Shown: piece after piece, positions 12,601 through 23,804 of the stretch
Layout of the letters: each line of letters begins with the position of its first letter
Numbering within the stretch: the stretch's first letter is position 1
Assembly: GCA_964016885.1 (NCBI GenBank)
Contig: OZ024746.1
Coordinates: 18,662,001-18,726,000 of the forward strand
Reading direction: 5' to 3'
Source: Eledone cirrhosa
Lineage: Eukaryota
Length of the DNA: 64,000 nt
Translations under genes and position numbers: made by a program
The notes under the pieces: model-generated
Database searches by the model: none
Told to the model about the DNA's origin: nothing
Seen by the model: the letters and a program-made list of their open reading frames with translations, nothing else

Positions 12601-15600
12601 GGAAAACAGACATTAAATGATGATGATCGTCATTATCATGCTATGAAAATGCATTTCATACACCCCGTAAGGGGGTTGGTGACAGGAAGGGCAGTCAGCT
12701 GTAAAAAGCTTGCCAAACAAAGGGTTGGGAGGACTCATCAGTTTGTGTCAAAGATGTGACAACTTCTCCTCTACACTCGGTAGAACATGAAACCATACAT
12801 AAGCAAGATGCAGACCCCTCAGCTTATCTGTGAGGTCAATAGCCCTCCTTCAGCACTGACTTGGTCTATGTAGACCTGTCCAACCCTTGCTATTAGGGAA
12901 ACCTGACATTAAAACGATGATAATGATGATATCACTGAACATTAAATGAATTATTATTTTCGTTTATTTATTTATTTATTTTTTTTTACTGTTTTACATG
13001 TTTTTGTAACAAATTTTCCCTCAAAAATATTTCATGGTAACCACAGCTGCTTCTCCTTCTCACTGCTAACCAGTTCTACCATGATGATAATTTAGAATGA
13101 ACTGAGTTAGATTTACCTTGATTCAATGGTTCTGTTAACATTTCAACTTACACCTGTCTAATCAGAAGATCTTATAGACATTATTCTGCTATATTTTATT
13201 TAATATCTTGAAAAAATTAAAAAAAATTTTTTTTTTAAATCAGAGAAAGCAAAATGACACTACCAGCACCCCCACCACAACCACCACCACTAATACCACA
13301 TCAACTATTACTACTACTTTTTTATATTTTATAGTCATGTTCATTTGGTTATCATGCTGGCGGCTGGGGAAAGCCCCCTGTTGATGAATCAGGCAAGCCA
13401 TTGTATGGTGACGTTTTTGGGACCCAAAGTGGAGAATTCCAGGTAAATTTAATGTTTTTTTCTATTTGATATTTTTTATCATAAATCTTTTTTTTTTTTT
13501 GGTTTCTATTGTTAAACACTTATGTTCCTATTTGCCTTTCAACCATTCAAGGTCGATAAAAATGTATCAGTTTAGTACTGGAGTTGATTCTTCCTCTATA
13601 TCTCTTTTTCACTTCCACTCTCACTTTCTCACTTCCTCTCTCACTCTCTATCCTTCTCTGGAAGAAAGCTGTTGTATTCAGACCTGGAGAGGAGATGGAC
13701 TCTGCCAGGCTTAAAAAGTGCCCTAGAAACACCATATGTCGATAATGCATGCATCCCTACAACTCCTCTGAGAGTTATGGGACAAAAAGGAAAAGATTAA
13801 TACTCAAATATAAAGCCCCCCCCCCCCCCATTTTATGACTGAGAAATGCACAAAAATTCAAACCCTATTTGTAAGCCAAGGCAACTAATCAACACAAATA
13901 TTAACTCTCAATATAACCAACCTGCTCATTTTAACATCAATCTTTTGGTTACACATTCCTTGGCTTATATTCAACTATATATGGTCATTCTGGTATCTTT
14001 TGAAATATTCATCAAAATATTGATTTTTTTTCTGCCAGACTCCAGTTTCTGAAGAAGAAATTGATAAGACCCATTGGGGTGAATTGGAATCCGAGTCTGA
14101 ATGTGAAGAATCTGAAGAAGAGTCTTCAGAAGAAGAACTAGACACAACAGGTCTTATAACTCCTGGTGCTGAGGGGTGTGTATATTGTTATTTAATTTTC
14201 TTAGATTACATCTTATGAACATTTCACATTAATGAAATTATATACTACTACTAAATTCATTCACTTCTTTGTGGTAACAAGATTCCAGACCTCATTTACT
14301 TACTGATTTAGGTGGAACTTGTCAAATCAGACCAAGGAAACAATGTTTCTATTCATCTTTCCATTGCTGATACTATCTACTGGTCACAACTCCTGGCAGA
14401 AGGAGCAACTTGAAATAAAGTGTCTTGCTCAAGGACAATGCATTGCCCAGCCTGGGAATCGAACTCACAAGCTCATAATTGTGAATCCAACTCGAACCAC
14501 TAAGCCATGCACCTTCACTAATGTAGTACAATGGATATAAAACAGTTTTATAATTAAATATTTATTCACTGTAGAAAAGCAGAGTATTCTGAAAATTGGT
14601 TGACATATAAAGCTGTAATGAACTTACTCTCAAGTTATTAATTAACTAATTAATCATTCTACTTATTTCAGATTAGTTACACCAAGTGGAATAACATCAG
14701 TGCCAATGGGTGTAGAAACACCAGACATGATAGAGCTAAGAAAGAAGCGTATAGAAGATGCAATAGACCAAGGGGGTGATACACCAGCTCTCTATACAAT
14801 TTTACCAGAGAAGAAAACAAATGTTGGAACAAATATGATGGGATCAGCTCATATATATGACATGTCAGCTGTAAGTATTATTTTTAGAATGTTTGTCTTG
14901 TAGCTTATGTTTATCACAATATCTTCTCTTTATAATTCTTATTCCTGGTCTGGTGAGCGGGGTAGGTGGACCCCCAGCAGCTCAAAAACAACAGATGTTA
15001 AAAGAATAGATGAACTCCTTAGAGTCAACAGCCATCCACCCCAACTATGGGTTAAATAGCCTCACTAACCCACATTACAGCTACACCCCTGAAGACATGA
15101 CCAAAACCAAACAGAAAGTGGTGGAGGTCAACCAGGGAGGGGTTCCTCTAACAGGAGTGAGAAGGTCCTGGATTGGATTAGTATGTTTTGATGGCCAAAG
15201 ATTGAGTCAATTATTTTTTCTTTATTTTATCATTTAGGTAACTGGAATGCCAACTCAAAAACGGTTTGGTGAAAAAGCTGGTACTGAAACAATTGAAGTT
15301 GCTCTGAATCCTGAAGAATTGGATATGGACAGTGCAGCAATGCAGGCCAAATATGATCAAACTATGCGTGAACAACAGTCTCAGTTAGAGAAGGAAGACT
15401 TGACTGATATGGTGGCTGAACATGCTGCCAAACAAAGGGTAAATATCTTATCTATACAATTTAACTTTAGAGCTCTGATAATTATATAAATTATAGGATT
15501 TAGACCACTTAATAAATTATTGTAGTGAACAAACAAAACCACTAATACCTATTAATGTTAAGTTTGACAACATGAACATTTAGTAGCACAATAGAAACTA

Positions 15601-16421
15601 GTATACTGTACATTAATTGCAATACACTCAGCATCACACTGCTGAGAACTATGTGGTTAGTTCAATATACTGTATATACTCAAATATAAGCTGAGAAATA
15701 TGTGACCAAAAATTGAATGTAAACTGGGGGGGTGGGAGTTATATACACCATCTAAACATATTAGCTGCCATCGCTTATAAATGAGGTTTGGATTTTTGCC
15801 TATTTCTCAAACATAGAATAGGAGGTAGACTTATATTCGAGTATATACAGTAAGTATTTAGTGTTCAGTGAATATTGTGAAGGTTTTTCTATGGCAAAGC
15901 TGTGTTTTAAGAATACAAAAACACTTTTGTGTTGTAAATTTTCTAATTTTTTCATACTTTGTCAGTATATTAATATAAATATTAGAGTACCTGACCTCCC
16001 ATGGGTACAAGCTGAAGCATATAGACAATATGCTCCCATTGCAAAGTTGTCGTAGAGGTGCCACGACAAAAAAGCACCCAGCCCACACTGTAAAGTGGAC
16101 GTGTAGGCGCCATGGAAAAAAGCACCCAGCACTCACTGTAAATGAGGTTGGTGCTAGGAAGGGCATCCAGCTGTAGAAATCAAGCCAAAATCAGTTCCTG
16201 TATGAGCAAGGCATGGTCAGCCGACCAGACACTGCCCACAACAGGACAACCCGTCTAACCCATGCTAACATGGAAGAACGGACGTAAAACGATGATGATT
16301 AGAGATTTCAATTTTTATTTCAAACTATTAAATTTAACTTTTATTTCTTCTTTTTTAGAAACGCAAACGGCAACAGCAAGACAGTGGAAAAGCGAAGAAA
16401 TATAAAGAATTTAAATTCTAG
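602..16421 (+). CDS. SF3B2: Splicing factor 3B subunit 2 (SAP145), 5'-incomplete, 17 coding exons in window
   Basis: GT-AG exons with consistent phases: 602-1137, 1552-1672, 2627-2769, 3554-3681, 4876-4954, 5306-5422, 8651-8737, 9408-9482, 10039-10191, 10566-10715, 11329-11418, 12406-12513, 13335-13442, 14039-14175, 14672-14870, 15238-15438, 16359-16421 (TAG). The translation has SF3B2 hallmarks: Pro-rich N-region, LPQALEKIL, LVSRPDVVEMHDVTAQDP, TVPVPRHWCFKSKYLQGKRGIEKPPFELP (DUF382), PPPWLIAMQRYGPPPSYPNLKIPGLNAPIPE..FGYHAGGWGKPPVDE (PSP) and C-terminal KKYKEFKF. The first exon starts in phase 1, so upstream exon(s) are outside the window. Confidence 0.97.
1945..2187 (-). mobile_element. tRNA-derived CORE-like SINE, second subfamily
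   Basis: The reverse strand has A/B boxes (GGTTTAGTGG..GAGTTCGATTCC). Near-duplicate at 14277-14516. Confidence 0.7.
2860..3424. mobile_element. Decayed RTE/BovB-like LINE in two oppositely oriented segments
   Basis: 2860-3215 (-) reads GVKQGCVIATTLFGIL..GVYLHTRS..LFN. 3220-3424 (+) reads KALGLDGTSPEVIKC..WEEGTVSQDM..IVILYKNK, with frameshifts. Confidence 0.7.
4480..4735 (-). mobile_element. Decayed RTE-type RT fragment
   Basis: The minus strand reads IFADGIVL..MKISAEKT..VKFKYL, a degraded FADD...KYLG region. Confidence 0.5.
5780..8131 (-). mobile_element. RTE-clade LINE, 5'-truncated, recent, antisense in an SF3B2 intron
   Basis: Uninterrupted RT frame from the truncation point (about 8131) to the stop at 6113, a 3' UTR of about 300 nt, and a (GAT)n tail read as (CAT)n at 5781-5802. 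No endonuclease domain. No unambiguous TSD. Confidence 0.93.
6113..8092 (-). CDS. ORF2 fragment of RTE LINE: reverse transcriptase with PHD-type C4HC3 insertion (659 aa)
   Basis: Motifs KAAGP, YKGKGD..NYRGI, QFGF, FVDLEKAFDRV, GVHQGSVLSP, LYADD, GLKIN..KTK, FRYLG, LHGSETW, RRLRWYGHV and GRPRKTW. The GTG start is probably not a real start, because the frame stays open to the truncation point. Confidence 0.85.
   Translation of the reverse strand: MARREARREVYLARREAEERKFKHVLQRDDQKREVFRIARQCVKENRDIVGEKCVLNDDGILAITDTDKKVAWKCHYERLLNEENKWEKDSLPHIDPIEGPAVLVEGSIISKAIKDMKTGKAAGPSEIVAEMLKASGTVGHTMVTRIVNQVVQNGVVPKDWHSSIIVNCYKGKGDALDRSNYRGIKLIDQVMKVTEKVIAQLIRERIDLDEMQFGFVSGKSTTDALFIVRQLQEKYLAKGKPLYLAFVDLEKAFDRVPRSIIWWALRKLGVDEWLVRAIQAMYKETVSKVRINNEYSEEFSVKVGVHQGSVLSPLLFIIALQAITEEFKTGCPWELLYADDLTLIAESMAELEKKFQTWKHGLESKGLKINLAKTKVLVCRKENKAAVPSGKWSCSVCRKGVGRNSILCPKCKVWVHKRCSGITGKLTKNIDFTCGRCSGAISSSKCPQNTSSFNCAEGSIEIVDSFRYLGDKISSGGGCSESTVARVRTGWKKFRELIPLLAAKGFSLKMKGRLYDACIRTAMLHGSETWALCAEDIRRLERNEACMLRWMCNSNIRERQSINELRKKLEIRGIRCCLLERRLRWYGHVMRMKVDSCITKCRAIKIDGSHGIGRPRKTWDELINSDLTHLHLSKTMSLDRDLWRYSVTEKTRLASRHL
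8500..8640 (+). mobile_element. 5'-truncated SINE ending about 10 nt before an SF3B2 acceptor
   Basis: Same core, with tail CCTTGTGCCTAAATCAGAAACCATT. Confidence 0.7.
8783..8988. mobile_element. piggyBac-type MITE
   Basis: TTAA|CCCTTTAGCATTTA ... TAAATGCTAAAGGG|TTAA. Confidence 0.85.
9101..9274. mobile_element. pogo/Tc1-mariner-type MITE
   Basis: TA|CCGTATATACTCGAAT ... ATTCGAGTATATACAG|TA. Decayed relatives at about 13800-13985, 22829-22940, 23490-23633 and 49590-49766. Confidence 0.8.
10223..10432. mobile_element. Tc1/mariner-type MITE
   Basis: CAGAGTGTTTTAAAAAATTAGAT ... ATCTAATTTTTTGAAACACTCTG|TA. Confidence 0.8.
10855..11131 (+). mobile_element. Tandem SINEs: a 3' fragment plus a full copy of the young family (Meta-domain-like core)
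   Basis: Head CGGTGGATTGGCAGTATC, B box GAGTTCAAATCC, core TTTGCCTTTCATCCTT.CGG.GTCGATAAAATAAAGTACCAG and tail GGCCTTGTGCC.AAA.TAGAAACAATT. Confidence 0.8.
11678..12240 (+). repeat. RTE-3'UTR-derived element with about 43-bp tandem subunits
   Basis: Repeated CTGTAAAGT..TGTTGGTGACAAAAAGCAC(T/C)CAGTC, then GGAAGGG.ATCCAGCTGTAGAAA and a GAT tail. Confidence 0.7.
14277..14516 (-). mobile_element. tRNA-derived CORE-like SINE, second subfamily
   Basis: Colinear with 1945-2187 (CAGACCAAGGAAA..GCTGATACT..CACAACTCCTGGCAGAA..AAAGTGTCTTGCTCAAGGAC..GAATCGAACTCACAA). Confidence 0.7.
15670..15850. mobile_element. pogo/Tc1-mariner-type MITE
   Basis: TA|CTGTATATACTCAAATATAAG ... CTTATATTCGAGTATATACAG|TA. 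Confidence 0.8.
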
Positions 16422-17327
16422 TTTACTGAGAAAAATCTCATTTGTATTTTTTATTAAATAATCCATTAAAGAATATATCATTTTTTATGTTTGTCCTTTC
16501 TTCATCATATTTTTGTTATTCTGTACAAATAAACATGATGACGATGTTATTTTTTGTTTTATTTTTTTATATTCATTGTGCCATTTCAAAGTTGACTTTA
16601 TTGTATATATTCCTAGATTATCACTATAACTGTTGTCTAGCTTCTTGGTTATTCAGCTATCACCAATTCCATACTGACAACATGAATCATCATCATTCAA
16701 TGTCCATTTTCCATGCTTGAGTGGGTTAGACAGGTTGTCATGTTAGAAGACAATTCAGGTCCAGGAACCATATCTTGCTCATACAGATCTGTATTTTGGC
16801 TTGGTTTCTACAGCTGGATGCCCTTCCTAATGCCAACCATGTTACAGTGTAGACTAGGTCTTTCTTGTGGCACTAAAATGACCACTTAACAAGGTTGATG
16901 GTGCATTTTGTCATGTCCAGCATGACCACCTTGCATTTGGATGTTTTTTCACCATATCACCAACTGCTTATCTTTCATTCTCAACATACTTCACCTCATC
17001 TTCCTTTGTGTCAAGTACATGACAACCTTCAGTGTTAGTGATCTACACAAAAACGCACCTAGTACACACTGTATAGTGGTTGGTGGTAGGAACAGCATCC
17101 ACCCGTAGAAAGCTTGCCAAAGAAAAGGGTTGGGAAAACTCTCCAGTTGTGTTAAAGAGATGACAACTTTTGTCCACTTGGTAGAATGTGAGGCCTTACA
17201 TAAGTGAGATGCTGATCTCTGGCCTGACTGGGAGATCAGTAACCCCACATCATTACTGACTAGGTCTATGTAGACCCGTCCAACCCTTGCTAGCAGGGAA
17301 AGCGGGCATTAAAACGATGATGATGAC
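16050..17327. mobile_element. Cluster of non-autonomous RTE-tail elements around the last SF3B2 exon
   Basis: 16050-16297 (+), 16688-16950 (-) and 17040-17327 (+) share GGAAGGGCATCCAGCTGTAGAAA and (GAT)n tails. Others lie at 12600-12930, 22230-22420, 25260-25800, 41690-41805, 57340-57690 and 63590-63715. Confidence 0.65.
16528..16533 (+). terminator. Candidate polyadenylation signal of SF3B2
   Basis: AATAAA about 110 nt after the stop, followed by T/GT-rich sequence. Confidence 0.5.
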
Positions 17328-17639
17328 GAATAACCTTGAGCCTGAGCTGTCTTCAAATGAAACTACATCCTGAATAACTGTCGTTCATCAATGGTCAAGA
17401 CATCTAATTTGAATCCCATCTACATGCCATTGGAGCAGACAAGATACAAGAACCAGTATTCAAAATGAGGTCTGCCATGATGAACAGTTAACATATCAGT
17501 GTCTCCTTCAACAGCTCAAGTACACAGTCTGTGTAATGGCTATATGAATGAATTTGTTTGAAGAATATCATTTACATAAATAGCCAAACCAGTGGATCTT
17601 TGGATGACAATAGTTATGCTGTTCTGCATACTTTGAGAT

Positions 17640-17952
17640 CAGGTGGCAAATTGGCAGAATTGTTAGAATGTCAGATAGCATGCTTGGCAGTCTTCATTCC
17701 TATGCTCTGCTTTCTGAGTTCAAATCTTGCCAAGGTCAACTTTGCCTTTCATCCATTTGAGGTTGATAGTAAAGTAAGTCTAATATTGGGGACAATTCTT
17801 CCTCACTTCTTTTCTCTCACTCTCTGTTCTCTGGAAGAAAGCTGCTGTATTCAGACCTGGAGGGGAGATGAGCTCCTCAAGGTTTTTTTTTAAATGTCCA
17901 AGAAACACTATGTCAATATGATACCCCTACAACTCGCTTAGGAATTAAGGGT
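17640..17952 (+). mobile_element. SINE variant: same head and core, then a CT-rich linker and a different tail
   Basis: Tail TGGAAGAAAGCTGCTGTATTCAGACCTGGAG..AGAAACACTATGTCAAT..CCCTACAACTC. Relatives at 13530-13780 (+), 25935-26228 (-), 50935-51300 (+), 52255-52540 (-) and 54460-54555 (+). Confidence 0.7.
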
Positions 17953-18179
17953 CGATACTTACATACTTTGAGATAACACATATTCATTCAATGCAATCAT
18001 GAAGTATTCCTTTTAGCCATCACTTGTGAAATACTTCTAAATGAAATAGATCTTCTGACAGGGGCCATGTTTCACTGGGAGATTTTTTTTTTTTGTGCAG
18101 ATCTTAACTTCTCCTTCATAGTCCCTTACACTAAATAGTTTCACATCTGGTTTAGGACTGTTTCTATTTTATTGAATAC

Positions 18180-19160
18180 AGTCCTATACTCAGGTGACTG
18201 GGTTGATGCCCTACCCGTAGCTAACGTTGTTAGCCTACTCAGCTTGGACAACTTCGTGTCTCCATTGCCCTCAGAGTGGGAGCTGACATCTGTATGGGTA
18301 TGAAGTGTCAATGTGGAAAACTCCTCGACTCCAGTCTTTCTTGCTGCCTGAATGCCAGTTGCTTCGCGCATCACACGGAGCTAAACCTTATTCTCAAGAG
18401 AGCTTTGGCCCGGGCAAACATCCCCTCAATCTTGGAACCATCTGGGTTGTCTAGAAGTGATGGGAAAAGACCTGACGGCCTTACTCTGTGCCTCTCGTTG
18501 AGAGGCAGATACCTTGTCTGGGACATCACAGTTTGGCTCCTCTGTAGTCAGATCTGGTGCACTTGCTTGCTTCTATTCATTCGGTATGACACACATATTG
18601 AGAAGTAATTTAAAGCACCTAAACAAGCTAAAAGCTAAATAATTTTGCAGCCAAATTTTAGCTATTACTTATGAAGGTGCATAATGTTTTGATTAAGGGA
18701 ATGCATGTTTTTGAAATACAAGCAAAAGGGGAACATAGAACTTTCTGTAAGCCTATCAAAGTTGATTTCTGCAGCCCGAAATGCAGAGGAAAGGAAGATA
18801 ATTAAATACCGATGCCTGACCGACCGCTTCCTCTTTATACTTGATTCCGTCGAGACCTCTGGTGTCCTTGGCCCCAACACTGCCGATTTCCTCCGTAAAA
18901 TCGGAAGGACAGCAATCCGCTTGAGGAAGGAGCCCAGTGAGTTGAGAGGGCGTGTGCTTCTAACCATTCTCCGCGGTAATGCCATTGCCATTTTAACCGC
19001 GAGGAGCTGCTGAGGCACAGCTCAGATTGGAGTGTCGTGTCTGTCCCTCCCCCTCTCCTTTTCTTTCGTTGCTTAATTCTTTTTCTTTATTTTCATTTCC
19101 TTTTTTTTTCTTCCTTTTAATAGTGATTTTTTTTTGTATACACAGCTCTGTAAAATAAAC
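18180..19160 (+). mobile_element. CRE-like (restriction-like endonuclease) non-LTR retrotransposon 3' fragment, interrupted
   Basis: Reads SGDWVDALP..LRVSIALRVGADIC..KCQCG..C..H.ELN..KRAL..IPSILEPSGLSRSDGKRPDGLTL..LVWDIT. After about 230 bp of foreign DNA it resumes AARNAEERK..KY..VETSGVLG..FL..RGNA, then a pyrimidine-rich 3' UTR and AATAAA. Confidence 0.8.
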
Positions 19161-19268
19161 TATTTTTTATTTACTGCACCAAACTGTTCTTATTGAGTGG
19201 TAAGAAACTCTGTGTTTCAGCCCTTAACTTCAATCGCAGTTATCTCCCTTACATTCGACCGGTAAAAC

Positions 19269-20449
19269 ATGGCAGCTACACCTGCTCATATAACGAAAGC
19301 TATATTAAAACTGTTACCTAAAGTAAACCTGCGACCCGTGAAAAGGATTGCATTTAGTTTTAACCCATTCGTCGGAGATGTTACTTCCATAAGGTGTGTA
19401 TGTATAGTTTTTGCAGCTTTGATTAAAATAAGATTTACAAGCTGTTTGCCATATTTTCTTTAAATGAAATCTACGAAAGTTACCTAAATTTATCAAAGTC
19501 ATTTTGATATGAAATTAAAGCAGTGAAAACCTCAACTGTCTTATTTTCCGATGCTCTATATGATATTTATTTTAATCTAACAGGTGGTAGTCACAATTAA
19601 GTGATACACATTATGCCTTATATTTTAGGAGATCCATTATATTACGGTTCCAAACTCGAAAAGAGAAGAAAATAACAGCAAAAACAATGTTTTATGTAGA
19701 ATTTATGCATTTACACACACAAATTTCAAGGAGGCAAGCATAGAATGCATTTTCCTGCTAGAATATATCTCGTTTGCTGTGTATATATATATAATGTATA
19801 TATATATAATGAAGATAGTGGCTTGATGGTGTGGTCACACATACACACATATATATATATATGGAGGCACATGGCTTAGTGGTTAGAGCATTGGCCTTGC
19901 AATCGAAAGGTTGTGAGTTCAATTCTCAGACCGGGTGATGTGTTGTTTCCTTGAGCAAGACACTTTATTTCACATTGCTCCAGTTTACTCAGCTGTAGAA
20001 ACGAGATGATAGGGACTGGGTTCCATATCATTCCACTGCAAAGTGGTCGTGGAGGTGCCACGGCATAAAAGCACCCAGCACTCACTGTAAATGAGGTTGG
20101 TGTTAGGAAGGGCATCCAGCTGTAGAAATCAAGCCAGAATCAGTTCCCGTCCCACCCTTGCTAGCAGGGAAAAGCGGACGTAAAATGAAATGATGATGAA
20201 ATGATGATATAGTGAAAGAGTGAAGAATTACATGGTCGGCTGTACAACAACAAAAAAAAATATATATATATATATACACTCACTCATTTATAATAAGGTT
20301 AAAATGTGTGTCTTGTTACTAATGACCCTGTGATAAACAAGCGAAACTCCAGAGTAACAAGACTCACTTTTTAGCCTAAATATAAATGAATATTGAAACT
20401 CTACTTCGGAATTGAGTGCTCCTTTCTCTCAGCAGTCAACCACGTACGG

Positions 20450-20485
<36 letters not shown>

Positions 20486-20730
20486 TGGAAGTGATTCAGT
20501 GGTATCAATATGAGCACTCGATGCACTGGCAGAATGTATATAATAAGGAAAAAACGATGAAGTTTCGTTTATGTGTTTATGTTTTTATTGTGTATCGATC
20601 TGATACGCTCGTTTCGTAGATGATTGACTCAAGGTCACCCAAGGAAGTTATGGACCCGACTCCAGTACGATCAGCCCATCAGACTGGGGAGAATCATATG
20701 CGAAACGCACGTAACATTTTTTTAATTATG

Positions 20731-20771
<41 letters not shown>

Positions 20772-22671
20772 GTGTGCGTCCCATAATTAGAGTCGATCAC
20801 TATAAATAAGTATCGAGAAAATCGTCTAAACTACTTCTGGAGAGAGAGAAGTCTTGTTTATCTATATAGAGGTTGCTTACTTATCAAGCGCTTGACTCGA
20901 GTCAGTATCCCCTCAGTTCTGGAGCCAGCTGGATTGTCTAGGGTTGATGGAAAGAGGCTAGATGATCTTACCCTTAGCCCCTGGGTAAGAGGTAGATATC
21001 TCATTTGGAATGCCAAAGTCAGCGACACTTTTTTCTCCCTATATTGCAATAAATGTGAAGGTCACTGCATCTGTAGTTAAAAGGAATAAAATTCTAAAAT
21101 ACCAGGAATGATTGGCAAATAATGGTGTTTGAGACGTTTCGGGGTATCTAGGCCTCTGACAACGAATTTCTTGTCATCGTTGGCTGCTTGCCTTATCAAG
21201 ATATCAGATGATGCCCATGAAGGTGCTTAGTTATTCTAGCACCTTAGACTTTCTATCACTTGTGGCAATGTTACTGTGGTTCTTAGTGTAATCCATCACC
21301 ATTTTAAGTCTGATATCATCTGTCTCCTTTGTCCATGTAGAATTTACAATGACAATGCTGTGTCTGACATTGGGTATGAAACTTCCCTTATGTGTCTGAT
21401 TAGCTTGTATTCTTCTCTGGGAAAAGACTTATTATTTATAAACATTTGCCTATGCCATTTTGTAATGAGCGTGAAGTCAACTTAGCTTTCATGTTTGCCT
21501 GATTGCTAGGAGATTCAAATGGCTGACCAGTTTCCTGAAGTTAGTGATACAAATGGTTAGGTCATTTGAATATGGATGATTATCATTGGATGAAGAAGTG
21601 CCAGGAGTTCCCTGTGGAAAGGAGCTGCAGTAGAGGTGGTGAGATTAGATCTCAAAATACTGCACTTTACAGAGGAGGGGACAGGAAGAATGCAACAGGT
21701 GGAGAGTGGCCATGCTGGAAAAGATCTCTTCAACCCATGTCAGAATAGGAAAGTAGATGTAAAAAGGAAGATGACAATGATGAACTAAACACTAAAGATC
21801 TAGTAAGCTCATTAGTTTATCAAAATGTTCTCTTTTCCTTGCAGGGACTGTTTGTTTCATCTGAACAGTAAACAGATTCTTGGCACAAACCCCAAATTTA
21901 CTATGAAGATTGATGTGAAATCTGATCTTTCTGATCCAACCATAGAAGTAAACTTCAGTAAGTTGGCTATTTACTCACATATATATACATACAAACACAT
22001 TCACGCATTTACTAATACATTTGCTTCAACAATGATGACAAAATTCAAACCATTATTTTCAAAAACAAGTCAATTCTCACTGAATGAATGCATGTTAACT
22101 GAGAATCATCTGCAACATTGTTTATAATTTATACTGACTGGTCTGCATACATTCTATCAAGTGCTGAGGAGAAGTTGTGTCTCTTAATACAAACTAAAGG
22201 ATCCTCCCAACCTTACATCTACTAATCAAACACCATCATCATTTAACATTCACTTTCCCTGTTAGCAAGGGTTGGATGGGTCTACATAGATCAAGTCAGT
22301 ATTAAAGTGGAACTACTGACTTCCCAGACAGACTGGATGGAGGGGGGTCTGCATCTTGAGAGGTTGTTCTGGTGTTTGAAACAACTAATGTGTCCTCCCA
22401 ACCATACATTTACTAATCAAACATTAATCATTCTAATTTTAATCTCTCAATTTAGGATGACATGAAAAAATCTTATCATTTTCCTTCTTCATATGATTTA
22501 GTTAATTTTTTATTTATTTTTTGTTTTCCAGATGATGAAACTACTACACTTTACAAGACAACTAATTTGAATTCATTGGAGATCATAGATAATTTCGTAC
22601 AACATATAGTTGCTAAAGACATTGTAGTAGAACCTACTGTTCTCACAAAAACAGCAAAGAAACGGCATTGA
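19269..22671 (+). CDS. MRPL53: Mitochondrial large-subunit ribosomal protein mL53, complete, 3 exons, 125 aa
   Basis: Exons 19269-19393, 21845-21957 and 22532-22671 splice in phase (GT-AG). Protein: MAATPAHITKAILKLLPKVNLRPVKRIAFSFNPFVGDVTSIRDCLFHLNSKQILGTNPKFTMKIDVKSDLSDPTIEVNFNDETTTLYKTTNLNSLEII. It matches the mL53 pattern LRPVK.I...F.PF....S.R......TN.....DV..D.S.P.I.V.F. Confidence 0.92.
19863..20200 (+). mobile_element. tRNA-derived CORE-like SINE with RTE-type 3' tail
   Basis: tRNA-like head (TGGCTTAGTGG..GAGTTCAATTC) and CORE-like body, followed by TTAGGAAGGGCATCCAGCTGTAGAAA..GGACGTAAAATG(ATG)n, which is shared with the 3' UTR of the RTE at 5780. Confidence 0.75.
20880..21290 (+). mobile_element. 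CRE-like RLE fragment (MRPL53 intron 1)
   Basis: IPSVLEPAGLSRVDGKRLDDLTLSPWVRGRYLIWN..FETFG; decayed. Confidence 0.75.
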
Positions 22672-23804
22672 AATAATTAAAAAGTGAGAAGTGTGTTATA
22701 TTTATAAAATATGATGATACTAGATCGACTTTGGGATTATGTGACTAATATTCTATCTACTGAGCCATCTACAGTAATTGTAATATTAGTGGTGACACTG
22801 GAATATACTAAGACTTCATCTTAGAATTACCATATATACTCAAATAGAAGCACACATTAAATTTCTGAGAAATAGGCAAAAATCAAAACTCTGTTTATAA
22901 GCCAAGGCAGGTAATCAACACATTATATTTAGATGACATGGTTTTAAAATTCTCATGAGTATAAAATATATTTATGAAGCTTGAATATTTTAATATTTAA
23001 ATGTTTTAAGTGTTGTTTAGAGAATAGTGTTTGTTTGACAACTCTGTTACGTAATGAGTTTCTATTATGTTAAGTTTCAACAAGTTTCTTGAATTTTTGT
23101 TTACTTCTGGCCACTCACATTCTGGTAATATTTTGAAAGCAAAAGATTAAATAAGAGAACATTGTATAGGGATTCATAGAGTAAAGGAGGAGGGGGGGGG
23201 GACAACAAGCTAGAGAGAGAAAAGGCAGAGTGATAAGAGAGAGAGCAAGGACAATAAAATAAAATCAGAATTAAGATTTCAGTTTTATGTAAAATTGAAA
23301 GAAGAAGTATTATTAAGTCAGAGAAAAACATGTATGTGTGTGTCCATGCATGTAAGTGTATGGGATATTTATGTACTAAAATGTTCAAATTATGAAATTT
23401 GTTGGAAATATTTTCAAGGGAATGCATAAATAACACCAATGATGATGTAAATGTAAAAAAAACTGTTTCATTGTAAAATAATCACTCCAGATATTTTAGC
23501 ACCTTATTTACGTAGAGTTTGAAGTTGGTGAAAACTGGCAAAATATTGACCCCAAATATTAGCCGACCCCATCATTTTACCATCAATTTTTTTTTTGTCA
23601 CACATTTCTTGGCTTATATTCCAGTATATATGGTAATTTATTACAATAAATACTTTTAGTTAAAGTATTATTGTACAGAGTGTTAAATTAATTAAAAAGA
23701 TTATTTGATACTGTGTTCTTCGATTTTTTATTTTATTTTACAAAATATAACACTGAAAGCACTGTAACATTTACTATATTTCTGTATTTTTATTATAACA
23801 AAAC

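Noticed and set aside
12900-13170. Intronic C/D snoRNA (ATGATGA...CTGA)
   Set aside because: ATGATGA motifs here are mostly (GAT)n retroelement tails, and no terminal stem or guide sequence was evident.
19863-19935. tRNA gene
   Set aside because: A/B boxes continue into a SINE body, and there is no complete cloverleaf or terminator. The same applies to the other SINE heads.
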